Assembly: GCA_029261165.1 (NCBI GenBank)
Contig: JAJDBV010000006.1
Coordinates: 33,656 to 97,655, forward strand
Direction: 5' to 3'
Source: Nitrospirota bacterium
Lineage (GTDB): Bacteria; Nitrospirota; Nitrospiria; SBBL01; JAADHI01
Length of the DNA stretch: 64,000 nucleotides
Part shown: positions 20,339-29,378 of the stretch, in pieces
Position numbering within the stretch: position 1 is the stretch's first letter
Layout: every line of letters begins with the position of its first letter
Program-made: the position numbers and the translations under genes
Notes under the pieces: generated by a model
The model's database searches: none
The model's input: the letters and a program-made list of their open reading frames with translations, nothing else
Told to the model about the DNA's origin: nothing

Positions 20339-21156
20339 AGGTCGGTTTTGTACAGATGGATTGCAGGTTTGGCGAAGTTGAAAAGAATCTTGAAAAGGCC
20401 ATAGGCCTCATTTCAAGAAAAAAAGCCGATTTATGGGTACTGCCGGAACTTTTTAATACCGGCTATCAATTTGTCTCAAAAAGAGAGGTTGCGGATCTTG
20501 CTGAAGCGATTCCCGGAGGGCCAACAACACAGCGCTTGCTGGCGGTGGCCAAAGAACGAAGAACATCGATTGTCGTAGGGCTTGTTGAACGAAGCGGAAA
20601 GGCCTTGTATAACGCCTCAGTCCTGGTCGGACCCAGGGGGCTTATTGGGGTTTACCGAAAAATTCATCTGTTCTACGAAGAGAAAAAATGGTTCACCCCG
20701 GGGAACCTTCCTTTTGAGGTCTATCCAGTCGGATACAAGAGTGAAAAGGGGGGCACTTTGAGGGCGCGTATCGGCATGATGATCTGCTTCGACTGGATTT
20801 TTCCTGAGTCAATGCGTACCCTCGCATTACTAGGGGCCGATATCGTTTGTCATCCCGCTAACTTGGTTCTTCCGTATTGTCCGGATGCGATGGTGACGCG
20901 TTCTCTGGAAAACCATGTTTTTACGATTACGGCCAATCGTATCGGGGTCGAGTCTCGCGGGAAAGAGTCGCTCAGATATATCGGGAGGAGTGAAGTTGTC
21001 GGTCCAGGAGGGGAAATCCTCTGTCGAGCCTCCGATAAAAAGGAAGAGACCTCTGTCATCTCAATCGATCCGAAACTTGCCCGAAACAAGAGATTGAACC
21101 GGTTTAACGATTTGCTGAAAGATCGGCGGAGCCTTTTTTATCTCGGCAGAGGGTAG
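20335..21156 (+). CDS. carbon-nitrogen hydrolase (nitrilase superfamily)
   Basis: E-K-C triad context (LPELFNTGY .. YRKIHLF .. MICFDWIFPE). ATGA overlap with the ABC ATPase gene. Confidence 0.85.
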   Translation: MKVGFVQMDCRFGEVEKNLEKAIGLISRKKADLWVLPELFNTGYQFVSKREVADLAEAIPGGPTTQRLLAVAKERRTSIVVGLVERSGKALYNASVLVGPRGLIGVYRKIHLFYEEKKWFTPGNLPFEVYPVGYKSEKGGTLRARIGMMICFDWIFPESMRTLALLGADIVCHPANLVLPYCPDAMVTRSLENHVFTITANRIGVESRGKESLRYIGRSEVVGPGGEILCRASDKKEETSVISIDPKLARNKRLNRFNDLLKDRRSLFYLGRG

Positions 21157-21199
21157 ATCCATCAAGAACAACGTATCTTGAAATTATACGGAGAATATC

Positions 21200-21772
21200 C
21201 TGTTATACAATATTATAGATTTCGAACAAGGGACTCAGGAATGGCTTGCGTGGCGTCGCCAGGGCATAGGGGCATCCGATGCCCCGGCGATCATGGGAGA
21301 GAGTATTTGGAAGAGCGCAGCCACTCTGTTGGAGGAAAAGTGTGGGAGGAAGAAAACAAACTTCGTGAATCGCGCTATGGCAAGAGGGACCGCTCTGGAG
21401 CCTAAAGCCAGAAGAATCTACGAAACAAAGGTGGGGGTTCGTGTTCATCCGGTCTGCCTACAAAGTGTGGAACATGAATGGCTGAGGGCCAGTCTGGATG
21501 GATTAACGGAAGATGGAAGCACCGTTGTTGAAATAAAATGTGGTGAAAGTTGTTATCGTAAGACGTCTAAATCTCAGGCCGTTCCGAAGTATTATTACGG
21601 ACAATTGCAACATATCTTGGCCGTAACCCATCTTCCATCGATTGATTTCTACTGTTACCTGCCTGGACGACCCGGAGTGCATCTTTGTATCCCGAGAGAC
21701 GATCTATACATTGATCAGCTCCTTGATGCGGAATATCAGTTCTGGCAGGCGATCCTCAAGAATCGAAAATGA
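21200..21772 (+). CDS. YqaJ-like PD-(D/E)XK exonuclease, probable CTG start
   Basis: Conserved N-terminal motif EQGTQEWLAWRRQGIGASDAPAIMG and the nuclease motif LDGL..VVEIKC. The first ATG (21293) would delete that N-terminal motif. GGAG (21190-21193) sits 6 nt before CTG 21200, and there is an in-frame TGA at 21179. Confidence 0.7.
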   Translation: MLYNIIDFEQGTQEWLAWRRQGIGASDAPAIMGESIWKSAATLLEEKCGRKKTNFVNRAMARGTALEPKARRIYETKVGVRVHPVCLQSVEHEWLRASLDGLTEDGSTVVEIKCGESCYRKTSKSQAVPKYYYGQLQHILAVTHLPSIDFYCYLPGRPGVHLCIPRDDLYIDQLLDAEYQFWQAILKNRK

Positions 21773-21820
21773 GCTACGGTGTGACAGATCAATAAGGAAC
21801 TCAAGGACTTCCCTAAATCG

Positions 21821-21852
21821 GGGCTCAAAGTTCTCTCGGGATATTTGAGCCC
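21821..21852 (+). terminator. hairpin downstream of the YqaJ-like gene (weak terminator candidate)
   Basis: GGGCTCAAA, 14 nt, TTTGAGCCC forms a 9-bp perfect stem with no clear U-tract. Confidence 0.3.
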
Positions 21853-21982
21853 TCTCAGGTCCTGTAGGTTTATCTCAAAACTTATCTTTTTATCTTTGAA
21901 ACGCGCTCATTTGTTTTTGCGGAGAAAGATATGTTACGATCCTCCCCGACATTTATTTGCGCATTATTGAGACGGGTTTAAA

Positions 21983-23050
21983 ATGGATTTATTGACACAA
22001 TCAATAAAAGAAAACCGACAGGGTTTGGCCTCCTTTCGTCAATTCATCAAGGGCTTTGTCCTGGTTATTTTACTCATTGGGTGCAGACCACAGACTGATA
22101 TTCCTGTGGAAGAGCGTGCGCCAAGCGGTTGGAAAATAAAAGACGTCGGGGTTGAAGTATCATTGGGGGGCGTTTTTTTTATTGACGAGAAAAATGGATG
22201 GGTCAGCGGGAATAGGGGGACGATTCTTCATACGGACGATGGTGGCGAAACCTGGTCTCAACAGGAAACAGGAACGGAGAGGCTCATCGTCTCTGTTTTC
22301 TTCTTGAATTCAAAAGAAGGGTGGGCCGTTGGTGAGAACGGTTTGATCCTCCACACCTCTGACGGCGGCCGTAAATGGGCCTGGCAAGTTGTAGGAAAAC
22401 AAATTCGCAGGAAAAACCTGACGGATGTCTATTTTATCGATGCAAAGCGTGGATGGGTCTCAGGCTTGAAGGGGGCTTTCCTGAAAACAGAAAATGGCGG
22501 CTTAACCTGGGGACCCGTTAGGGACGAGAACCGTGCCAACCTCAATTCGATCTTCTTTATCAATTCTCGCCGAGGCTGGATCGCAGGCGATGGTGGGGGA
22601 CTTCTTTATACAGACGACGGCGGTTCGACCTGGTCGGTCCAGAATACAGAGACAAAAATGGACCTTCATCGGCTCTTTTTTATCAGTCCGGAGATCGGTT
22701 GGGCCATTGGCGCCCGCGGGACGATCCTAAAGACGACCGACGGGGGACTTTCATGGGTGGCCAAGGAGAGTGGCCTCCCTTCATTTCTTCTCGGGATATT
22801 TTTTCTGGACGAACAACTGGGATGGGCTGTCGGTGCGGCCGGGACAATTTTGCGTACAGATGATGGGGGAGAGACCTGGACGCAACAGATCAGCGGAACC
22901 ATCCAATTTTTGATTGATGTTCACTTTATCAACAGAAATATCGGATGGGCCACCGGTAAGAATGGAACCTTAATCTATACAGAACGTGGCGGGATCGCGC
23001 CGGAGGTCGAGATCTCAGAGATCAAAGAAACCGGAGGTTCTCTGGAATAA
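21983..23050 (+). CDS. Ycf48/BNR-like beta-propeller protein
   Basis: Signal or anchor segment followed by repeated GTILxTxDGGxTW blades (about 7). Confidence 0.75.
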   Translation: MDLLTQSIKENRQGLASFRQFIKGFVLVILLIGCRPQTDIPVEERAPSGWKIKDVGVEVSLGGVFFIDEKNGWVSGNRGTILHTDDGGETWSQQETGTERLIVSVFFLNSKEGWAVGENGLILHTSDGGRKWAWQVVGKQIRRKNLTDVYFIDAKRGWVSGLKGAFLKTENGGLTWGPVRDENRANLNSIFFINSRRGWIAGDGGGLLYTDDGGSTWSVQNTETKMDLHRLFFISPEIGWAIGARGTILKTTDGGLSWVAKESGLPSFLLGIFFLDEQLGWAVGAAGTILRTDDGGETWTQQISGTIQFLIDVHFINRNIGWATGKNGTLIYTERGGIAPEVEISEIKETGGSLE

Positions 23051-23051
23051 C

Positions 23052-23450
23052 TCACCGCGTTTTTTCAGGCGGCGAAAGGTTTCTCCTGTTTTTTACGGAC
23101 CTTCTTTCTTTTCCACCTCGCGTGTTTGTTCCTCGATAATTCGGATTGCTGTTTCTACGGTCTGAACCTGATCTTATTTCTTTTCCCGAACGGCGCTCTT
23201 CAGGTGCACCATCATTGAGGCCCGCCTCAGGGATCTCTCCTTCCAAGAACCCCCACTTGTCCGCAATACCGCATTTACAGCGACATTCAGCTTTGAAACG
23301 GGTATCGAGGTTATATGTGTGAACCCTTATCGAGAGCGCTTCACAATCACACCTGGCCAGATCAGCCTTGATAATACGTGCGATTTCCTGTTTAAGCCTC
23401 GCTTGTATTTCTTGCGAAAGGAAAGGGGGCCATCGATATCTGTCTTTCAT
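23052..23450 (-). CDS. hypothetical Cys-cluster protein with an (E/D)RR-repeat tail
   Basis: SD GAGG 7 nt before the ATG. Contains CDCE..CRCKCG cysteines and the tail EERRSGKEIRSGSDRRNSNPNYRG..KERRSVKNRRN. No domain recognised. Confidence 0.5.
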   Translation of the reverse strand: MKDRYRWPPFLSQEIQARLKQEIARIIKADLARCDCEALSIRVHTYNLDTRFKAECRCKCGIADKWGFLEGEIPEAGLNDGAPEERRSGKEIRSGSDRRNSNPNYRGTNTRGGKERRSVKNRRNLSPPEKTR

Positions 23451-23590
23451 TCATCAACCTCAATCAACACAATGTAGCAGGTACTTATAGTTTCTATTTG
23501 TGAGACGGTTCTTTGCGCCAAGAACCGTCTAAATTGTGCAAGGATGATGAGGTTCTGACGACTGAACAACCTCTAAGTATTTGGAAAGGC

Positions 23591-23665
23591 TGGCTCCTCG
23601 GGCCGGATTCGAACCAGCGACCAGTCGGTTAACAGCCGACCGCTCTGCCACTGAGCTACCGAGGA
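23591..23665 (-). tRNA. tRNA-Asn (anticodon GTT)
   Basis: The minus strand reads TCCTCGGTAGCTCAGTGGCAGAGCGGTCGGCTGTTAACCGACTGGTCGCTGGTTCGAATCCGGCCCGAGGAGCCA. Anticodon loop CTGTTAA, encoded CCA. Confidence 0.95.
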
Positions 23666-23689
23666 ATATTCGCTATAAAAACGGAATTA

Positions 23690-23718
23690 ATTCTATCGAT
23701 CTGATGGCTTAAAGTCAA
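23690..23718 (-). promoter_or_regulatory. candidate sigma-70 promoter of tRNA-Asn
   Basis: On the minus strand: TTGACT, a 17-nt spacer, then TAGAAT. The motif ends about 25 nt upstream of the tRNA 5' end. Confidence 0.5.
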
Positions 23719-23770
23719 GAAATCATCCGAGATTTTTCGCTTTCGCTCCTTTCTTGAAGGTTATCGATCC

Positions 23771-24310
23771 CTACTTTTCTAGGAATTGATCAATCTGCTT
23801 CGCAAGAAAGTGCGCAACATCCGTGGCGGGAAACGGCCAGGCATAGATGATTTCGCTACTGGGGTGCTTTTCCCGTGCGCGTTGAATTGCTTCCGGAATG
23901 TCTCCTTTGGAATGACTCCCTCCCTGTGTCATCATCGGTGTAATGACGATGACTTTCTTAGATAAAGTTGCGACGGCCTGATCCATGGCTTCGACGATGT
24001 CGGGACTGCAAAACTCATTGAACCCGACGATCACGTTCCATCCTGTTTCTTCCCGAAGATGTCCCGCCAAATTGTGTGATCCTGCATAAAAAGGGTCGTT
24101 TTTGGCTGTACGCGGCCATCGTCTCATTTTTAAGTCCAATGTTTTGAGCCGGTGTTTGAGTTCTGAAGCGTCGGCTGGAGGATGTTTTAGCTGGGCGCGC
24201 AAGGAGAAGAGTGCGGCTTTTTCCTCTTTTGGAAAATCCAGGGGCGGTGTTCCGTGCATTGCCAGAACAATCACAGGCTTCTGAGGATTTCTCTTCTTAT
24301 CTGGTTTCAA
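23771..24310 (-). CDS. CbiX/SirB-like sirohydrochlorin chelatase family protein
   Basis: VIVLAMHGTPP near the N-terminus and a chelatase-like alpha/beta layout. Assigned by resemblance only. Confidence 0.5.
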   Translation of the reverse strand: MKPDKKRNPQKPVIVLAMHGTPPLDFPKEEKAALFSLRAQLKHPPADASELKHRLKTLDLKMRRWPRTAKNDPFYAGSHNLAGHLREETGWNVIVGFNEFCSPDIVEAMDQAVATLSKKVIVITPMMTQGGSHSKGDIPEAIQRAREKHPSSEIIYAWPFPATDVAHFLAKQIDQFLEK

Positions 24311-24393
24311 GGATGGTCCTTTCCATATGAGTAAGGGATTTTTTCGGCCAGTATATCATGGCCCACTTGCAAAATCTCGCGTCTTGAAAAAGG

Positions 24394-24423
24394 TTGATTT
24401 CACCCCGGTCTCGCTGTTAGAAT
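24394..24423 (+). promoter_or_regulatory. candidate sigma-70 promoter of the Cld-family gene
   Basis: TTGATT (24394-24399), an 18-nt spacer, then TAGAAT (24418-24423). Confidence 0.4.
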
Positions 24424-24525
24424 CGGTCGGAATAACGGACCTCATTTATAAAACGAATGATGGATGGCGTCAGCTTGTGTCATGCGATTGTTTTGTCGTA
24501 ACAATGAAGGATGGAGGAAAGGTCA

Positions 24526-25221
24526 ATGGCAGAAATTAAAAGGCAATATGTAAATTATCTCTTCCTGAAGTTGGATCCTGCCTGGAGGCGGCTTCCAGCG
24601 ACGGAGCAAGAAGAGGGGAAAAAAGAGTTCACTGCGGCTGTTGAGTCATTTGGTTCAAACTGTCTGGTTGTTCCCTATTCTACCGTTGGGATCCGGGCAG
24701 AGGTTGATATCATGCTCTGGCGAATCAGTTATGATTTGGAGACGCTCCAGGAAATGATGGTCAAGATTTACGCAAGCGGCCTTGGGAAATATTTGAATAC
24801 GGTCTATTCTTATCTGGCCATGACCAAGCGCTCAGTCTATGTGGATAAGCATTCCCACCCTGGACAGGAGTCAAAACGTTTAACGGTGGTCCCCGGAGAA
24901 GCCAAATATCTGTTTATCTATCCCTTTGTAAAGACACGCGAGTGGTATCTTTTAACGAAGGCAGCCCGACAGGGGATGATGAGCGAGCATATCGAGATTG
25001 GTCATAAGTATCCGACCGTGAAGATTAATACCGGCTATTCCTTTGGATTGGACGATGCGGAATTTGTCGTTGCTTTTGAAAGTGATTTTCCTTCTGACTT
25101 TCTTGACCTCGTGATGGAATTACGGGAGGCGGAGGCGAGCCGCTATACGCTACTGGATACGCCGATCTTTACTTGTGTTCGGAAGAGTTTGAAAGATACC
25201 CTGGAAGATCTTGGAGGATGA
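24526..25221 (+). CDS. chlorite dismutase family protein (HemQ/ChdC-like)
   Basis: Sequence YVNYLFLKLDPAWRRL..YLFIYPFVKTREWY..RQGMMSEHIEIG is typical of the Cld/HemQ fold. GGAGGA lies 7 nt before ATG 24526. Confidence 0.75.
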   Translation: MAEIKRQYVNYLFLKLDPAWRRLPATEQEEGKKEFTAAVESFGSNCLVVPYSTVGIRAEVDIMLWRISYDLETLQEMMVKIYASGLGKYLNTVYSYLAMTKRSVYVDKHSHPGQESKRLTVVPGEAKYLFIYPFVKTREWYLLTKAARQGMMSEHIEIGHKYPTVKINTGYSFGLDDAEFVVAFESDFPSDFLDLVMELREAEASRYTLLDTPIFTCVRKSLKDTLEDLGG

Positions 25222-26167
25222 TGTGAGCGACACGAGTCATGAAGTCATCATCATAGGGTCCGGTCCGGCGGGACTCACCGCTGCGGTCTATGCGGCGAGA
25301 GGGAATCTTCGACCTCTACTTATCGAAGGCGCGCAAGCAGGCGGACAGTTGATGATTACAACCGATGTGGATAATTTTCCTGGGTTCTCCAAAGGGATCC
25401 AGGGCCCTGATCTGATTCTGGAGATGAAGCAGCAGGCACAGCGGTTTGAGACAGATTTCTTGACCGGTGATGTGACATCTGTCGATTTTTCAAAGCGTCC
25501 CTTCAAGGTTGTCGTCGATGAAGACAAGACGTATACGGCGAAATCGATCATTATCAGCGCGGGTGCCCGTGCCATGCTTCTGGGACTGGAATCTGAGACG
25601 CGGCTGATGGGCCATGGTGTCTCGGCCTGTGCAACCTGTGACGGGTTTTTCTTTAAAGACAAAGTGGTCTATGTTATCGGTGGTGGAGATACGGCGGTTG
25701 AGGAAGCGATCTTCCTGACCCGCTTTGCAAGTAAAGTTATTCTGGTCCATCGTCGTGACATACTCCGTGCCTCCAGGATTTTGCAGGAAAAGGCCTTTGA
25801 AACACCGAAAATCGAAATGTTATGGAATACCGTCGTGACGGATATACTCGGCGGGCCATCCGGCCCGGTCGAGGGGATTCTCTTGAAAAATGTGAAAACT
25901 GAGGAAATTTTAGAGCATAAAGCCGACGGTGTTTTCATCGCGATTGGGCATACGCCAAATACAGCTCTCTTTCAGGAATGGCTTGAACTGGATGATCGCG
26001 GGTATATTAAAACCAGGCCCGGTTCGACGGAGACGAACATCCCGGGCGTCTTCGCTGCGGGAGATGTTCAGGACCCGATATACCGGCAGGCAGTCACAGC
26101 TGCGGGGACGGGCTGTATGGCGGCGATCGACGCCGAGCGCTTTTTAGAAGGAGAGGGACACACTTAG
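25211..26167 (+). CDS. trxB: thioredoxin-disulfide reductase TrxB
   Basis: GSGPAGLTAA, redox CATCDG, GGGDTAVEEA and HRRD motifs. Start codon uncertain (TTG 25211 or GTG 25223). Confidence 0.9.
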   Translation: MEDDVSDTSHEVIIIGSGPAGLTAAVYAARGNLRPLLIEGAQAGGQLMITTDVDNFPGFSKGIQGPDLILEMKQQAQRFETDFLTGDVTSVDFSKRPFKVVVDEDKTYTAKSIIISAGARAMLLGLESETRLMGHGVSACATCDGFFFKDKVVYVIGGGDTAVEEAIFLTRFASKVILVHRRDILRASRILQEKAFETPKIEMLWNTVVTDILGGPSGPVEGILLKNVKTEEILEHKADGVFIAIGHTPNTALFQEWLELDDRGYIKTRPGSTETNIPGVFAAGDVQDPIYRQAVTAAGTGCMAAIDAERFLEGEGHT

Positions 26168-26232
26168 GGTGATTCCGAAGCAATATGTCCTCCTGGAAGT
26201 TTCTGGTTTGAGTTCGGAGCAAGGCGTGGATA

Positions 26233-27378
26233 ATGGATCATGGAAAAAATAAAGAAGCGGCAAGTGTCTTGCTCATTGCCTGTAGTGAAACCGATTCAAA
26301 TATTTATTATGCCAGCGGGTTTTTAGCGCCGGATCCCTACGTTTATCTGTCCGCAAATGGACAGTCCTATCTCTTGATGTCTGACCTGGAAGTTGACCGT
26401 GCCCGTGCGCAGTCGAAGGTCAATCACGTCCTTTCTTATTCGGAATACGAGGAACGCGCCAGGAAAAAAGGGACAGCCTCTCCAGGTCTTGCTGAAGTGG
26501 TTCACACCCTGATGCAGGAGTTGGATGTCAAGGAATGGACCGTGCCGGCTGATTTTCCCCTGGAATATGGGGATGCGTTTCGTGCGCTCGGATGTCGTCT
26601 GGCGATCAAAAAAGCGCCCTTTTTTGAGGCCCGGGCCGTCAAGACGCCTGAAGAGATCTCCGCCATACAGGAGACGCAGGCCGCTGTTGAGGCCGCCCTT
26701 GACGGGGTGATTGCGCTCCTTCGCCGGGCCGAAATTAAAGCAGGTTTCATCTATGCAGAGGGTGTGCAGTTGACCTCGGAGGCGGTTCGGCAGCAACTGC
26801 ACCTGAGCCTCATGGGCAGGGGGTGCATCGGCCAGCATACAATTGTCTCCTGCGGCATAGATGGCTGTGATCCTCACAATGAGGGGGCCGGGCCGCTCCG
26901 GGCGAACGAGTCCATCATCATGGACATTTTCCCGCGTTCAGTCGGGAGCCGCTATTTTGCCGATATGACGAGAACAGTGGTCAAAGGAAGGCCCTCTGAT
27001 GATTTGAAAAAAATGTATGATACGGTGCTTGAAGGCCAGCTCCTCGGTATCGAGCGTGTTAAGGATGGTGCATCCGGTAGAGAGATTCATGAGAAGATCA
27101 CCGACCTTTTTGAGAAGAAGGGTTATCATACTGGTAAGGTCGATGGACGAATGCAAGGATTTTTTCATGGGACCGGGCATGGTCTCGGGCTGGACATCCA
27201 TGAGCCCCCGCGGATCAGTCGAAGTGAGTGGGTCCTGAAGGAAGGGGAGGTGGTCACGGTTGAGCCGGGACTATATTTCCCTGAAATCGGCGCTGTTCGC
27301 ATCGAAGACATGGTTCTGGTTCAGAAAGAGGGATGTCGAAACTTGACGACCTATCCAAAATTTTTAGAGATTAAGTGA
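26233..27378 (+). CDS. M24-family Xaa-Pro aminopeptidase
   Basis: Pita-bread metal ligand motifs (DMTRT.., [26 protein letters not shown]). Confidence 0.85.
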   Translation: MDHGKNKEAASVLLIACSETDSNIYYASGFLAPDPYVYLSANGQSYLLMSDLEVDRARAQSKVNHVLSYSEYEERARKKGTASPGLAEVVHTLMQELDVKEWTVPADFPLEYGDAFRALGCRLAIKKAPFFEARAVKTPEEISAIQETQAAVEAALDGVIALLRRAEIKAGFIYAEGVQLTSEAVRQQLHLSLMGRGCIGQHTIVSCGIDGCDPHNEGAGPLRANESIIMDIFPRSVGSRYFADMTRTVVKGRPSDDLKKMYDTVLEGQLLGIERVKDGASGREIHEKITDLFEKKGYHTGKVDGRMQGFFHGTGHGLGLDIHEPPRISRSEWVLKEGEVVTVEPGLYFPEIGAVRIEDMVLVQKEGCRNLTTYPKFLEIK

Positions 27379-27974
27379 GCGATGAGATGAAAGATCCCTA
27401 TCCGGAAACGGCGAAAATAGAGATTAAGGATATCATTGAAAATCTGTTGGTTTCGCTGGGAGAGGACCCTGATCGCGAAGGCCTGAGGGGGACGCCGGAG
27501 CGGGTTGAGAAGTCGCTCCGATTTTTGACCAAAGGATATACTCAGGATGTTGAGCGTGTTCTCAACGACGCTTTTTTTACGGTTACACATGACGAAATGG
27601 TGATCGTGAAAGGCATCCAGTTCTTTTCTCTTTGCGAGCATCACATGCTGCCCTTTTTTGGAGAGTGCCACATTGCCTACATTCCAAATAAAAAAGTGGT
27701 TGGTTTAAGTAAACTTCCCCGTGTCGTGGAGATCTTCAGCCGGAGGTTGCAGCTTCAGGAGCGATTGACCAGTCAGATTGCGGAAGCGATTCTGGATAAG
27801 GTTGATCCCCTGGGCGTCGGCGTGGTGATTGAGGCGCAGCATCTTTGTATGATGATGCGCGGTGTCGAAAAACAGAACTCCAGGACGGTGACCAGTGCGA
27901 TGTTGGGTGTCTTCAAGAAGGACCCGAAAGCACGGGCGGAATTTCTGGACCTGCTGCGGCGTGACCGATACTGA
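27375..27974 (+). CDS. folE: GTP cyclohydrolase I FolE
   Basis: [45 protein letters not shown]. Confidence 0.95.
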   Translation: MSDEMKDPYPETAKIEIKDIIENLLVSLGEDPDREGLRGTPERVEKSLRFLTKGYTQDVERVLNDAFFTVTHDEMVIVKGIQFFSLCEHHMLPFFGECHIAYIPNKKVVGLSKLPRVVEIFSRRLQLQERLTSQIAEAILDKVDPLGVGVVIEAQHLCMMMRGVEKQNSRTVTSAMLGVFKKDPKARAEFLDLLRRDRY

Positions 27975-29206
27975 TGATTACCGTTGAAGCGGCCCGAAAA
28001 ATTATTCTGGCTGAGATTCAAACCATGGGGCGTGAAAAGTGCCTCTTGTCCCAGAGCCTTGGCCGCACCCTTGCCGAAGAGATTGTCTCCCCTTTAAATC
28101 ATCCCCCCTGGGACACCTCCGCGATGGACGGCTATGCCGTTCGAAAGGCTGATATTGGAGAGGCTTCTCCGTCTGCTCCCCGAAAATTGAAAGTAATTGA
28201 AAAGATCCCCGCCGGACGGCTCCCCGAGAAAAAACTGGGCCGGGGAGAGGTCGCGAAAATCATGACAGGCGCCCCCTTGCCGGAAGGGGCCGATGCCATT
28301 GTCCGGGTTGAAGATACCAGCCAAGAAGGAGAAGAGGTTTCTATTTTTGTGGTCCCTGATGACGGCGATTTTATTCGTTACAAAGGGGAAGCCATCCGTC
28401 TGGGAGATTCCATTCTAAAAAAAGGGATTCAAATCCGCCCGGCGGAAATTGCCATGATGGCGTCGGTTGGAAAGTCGGTTGTTTCTGTGTTTCAGCAGCC
28501 GCGTGTCGCGATTCTCTCGACGGGGGACGAATTGGCCGACCTGGATGAAGAACGGGGACCTGAAAAAATCCTGAATAGTAACGGTTATGGGTTGGCAGCT
28601 CAGGTGTCTGATGCGGGTGGTGTTCCGATCAACCTCGGTATTGCCAGGGATACCCACGCTGACCTGATTGAGAAACTCAAGGAGGGGCTTCGTGCTGATA
28701 TGATTCTGGCTTCTGGCGGTGTCTCGATGGGTGACTATGATTTTGTCATCGAGGTACTGAAAGAACTCGGGGCGGAGATGAAGTTTTGGAAGGTGTCGAT
28801 GAAACCCGGACGCCCGCTGGCCTTTGGTGTGATCTCCAGGAGGCCTGTTTTTGGATTGCCTGGAAATCCGGTTTCATCGATGGTCTCTTTTGAACAATTT
28901 GTCCGACCCGCGATTCTTCTTGCAAGCGGACGAAATGAAACAACCCGCCCAACGATGAAGGCTGTCTTGAAAGAAGAAATCCGAAAACGGCCTGGTCGGC
29001 GTTTGTTTCTCAGGGCAGTTGTGTCGAGTCTGGGAGATGAGATTTCGGTTTGTCTCGCGGGCGATCAGGACTCTGCCGTCCTGATGTCCCTGGTGAAGGC
29101 GAATGCCTTTATCATTCTGCCCGCCGAGGGGGATCTCGTTAAATCTGGAGAGCAAGTGACCGTCCAGCTTTTATCCGACATCCACATGGTTGATTCTGAG
29201 GGGTAA
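27974..29206 (+). CDS. moeA: molybdopterin molybdotransferase MoeA
   Basis: PPWDTSAMDGYAV..TGAPLPEGADAIV..STGDEL..SGGVSMGDYD..PGRPL..LPGNPVS. Confidence 0.9.
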   Translation: MITVEAARKIILAEIQTMGREKCLLSQSLGRTLAEEIVSPLNHPPWDTSAMDGYAVRKADIGEASPSAPRKLKVIEKIPAGRLPEKKLGRGEVAKIMTGAPLPEGADAIVRVEDTSQEGEEVSIFVVPDDGDFIRYKGEAIRLGDSILKKGIQIRPAEIAMMASVGKSVVSVFQQPRVAILSTGDELADLDEERGPEKILNSNGYGLAAQVSDAGGVPINLGIARDTHADLIEKLKEGLRADMILASGGVSMGDYDFVIEVLKELGAEMKFWKVSMKPGRPLAFGVISRRPVFGLPGNPVSSMVSFEQFVRPAILLASGRNETTRPTMKAVLKEEIRKRPGRRLFLRAVVSSLGDEISVCLAGDQDSAVLMSLVKANAFIILPAEGDLVKSGEQVTVQLLSDIHMVDSEG

Positions 29207-29378
29207 TTCCGGTTTATTTTCAATAAACTCTAAAAGTTTTGATAATGATATCTATTGACTGGATTCATGAGAAGGGACTATGGTGTATAATTTCCCTATA
29301 GAGGGCTTCTGAGTATGGGAAATTTTGAAGGTTGTTTTGTGGTCCTGAATATACGGGATTCTGTATAAGGGAAGGTTG

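Noticed and set aside
21178-21405. 75-aa ORF overlapping the 5' part of the YqaJ-like gene.
   Set aside because: It is out of frame with the conserved YqaJ N-terminal motif, which is encoded in the other frame, and its composition is implausible.
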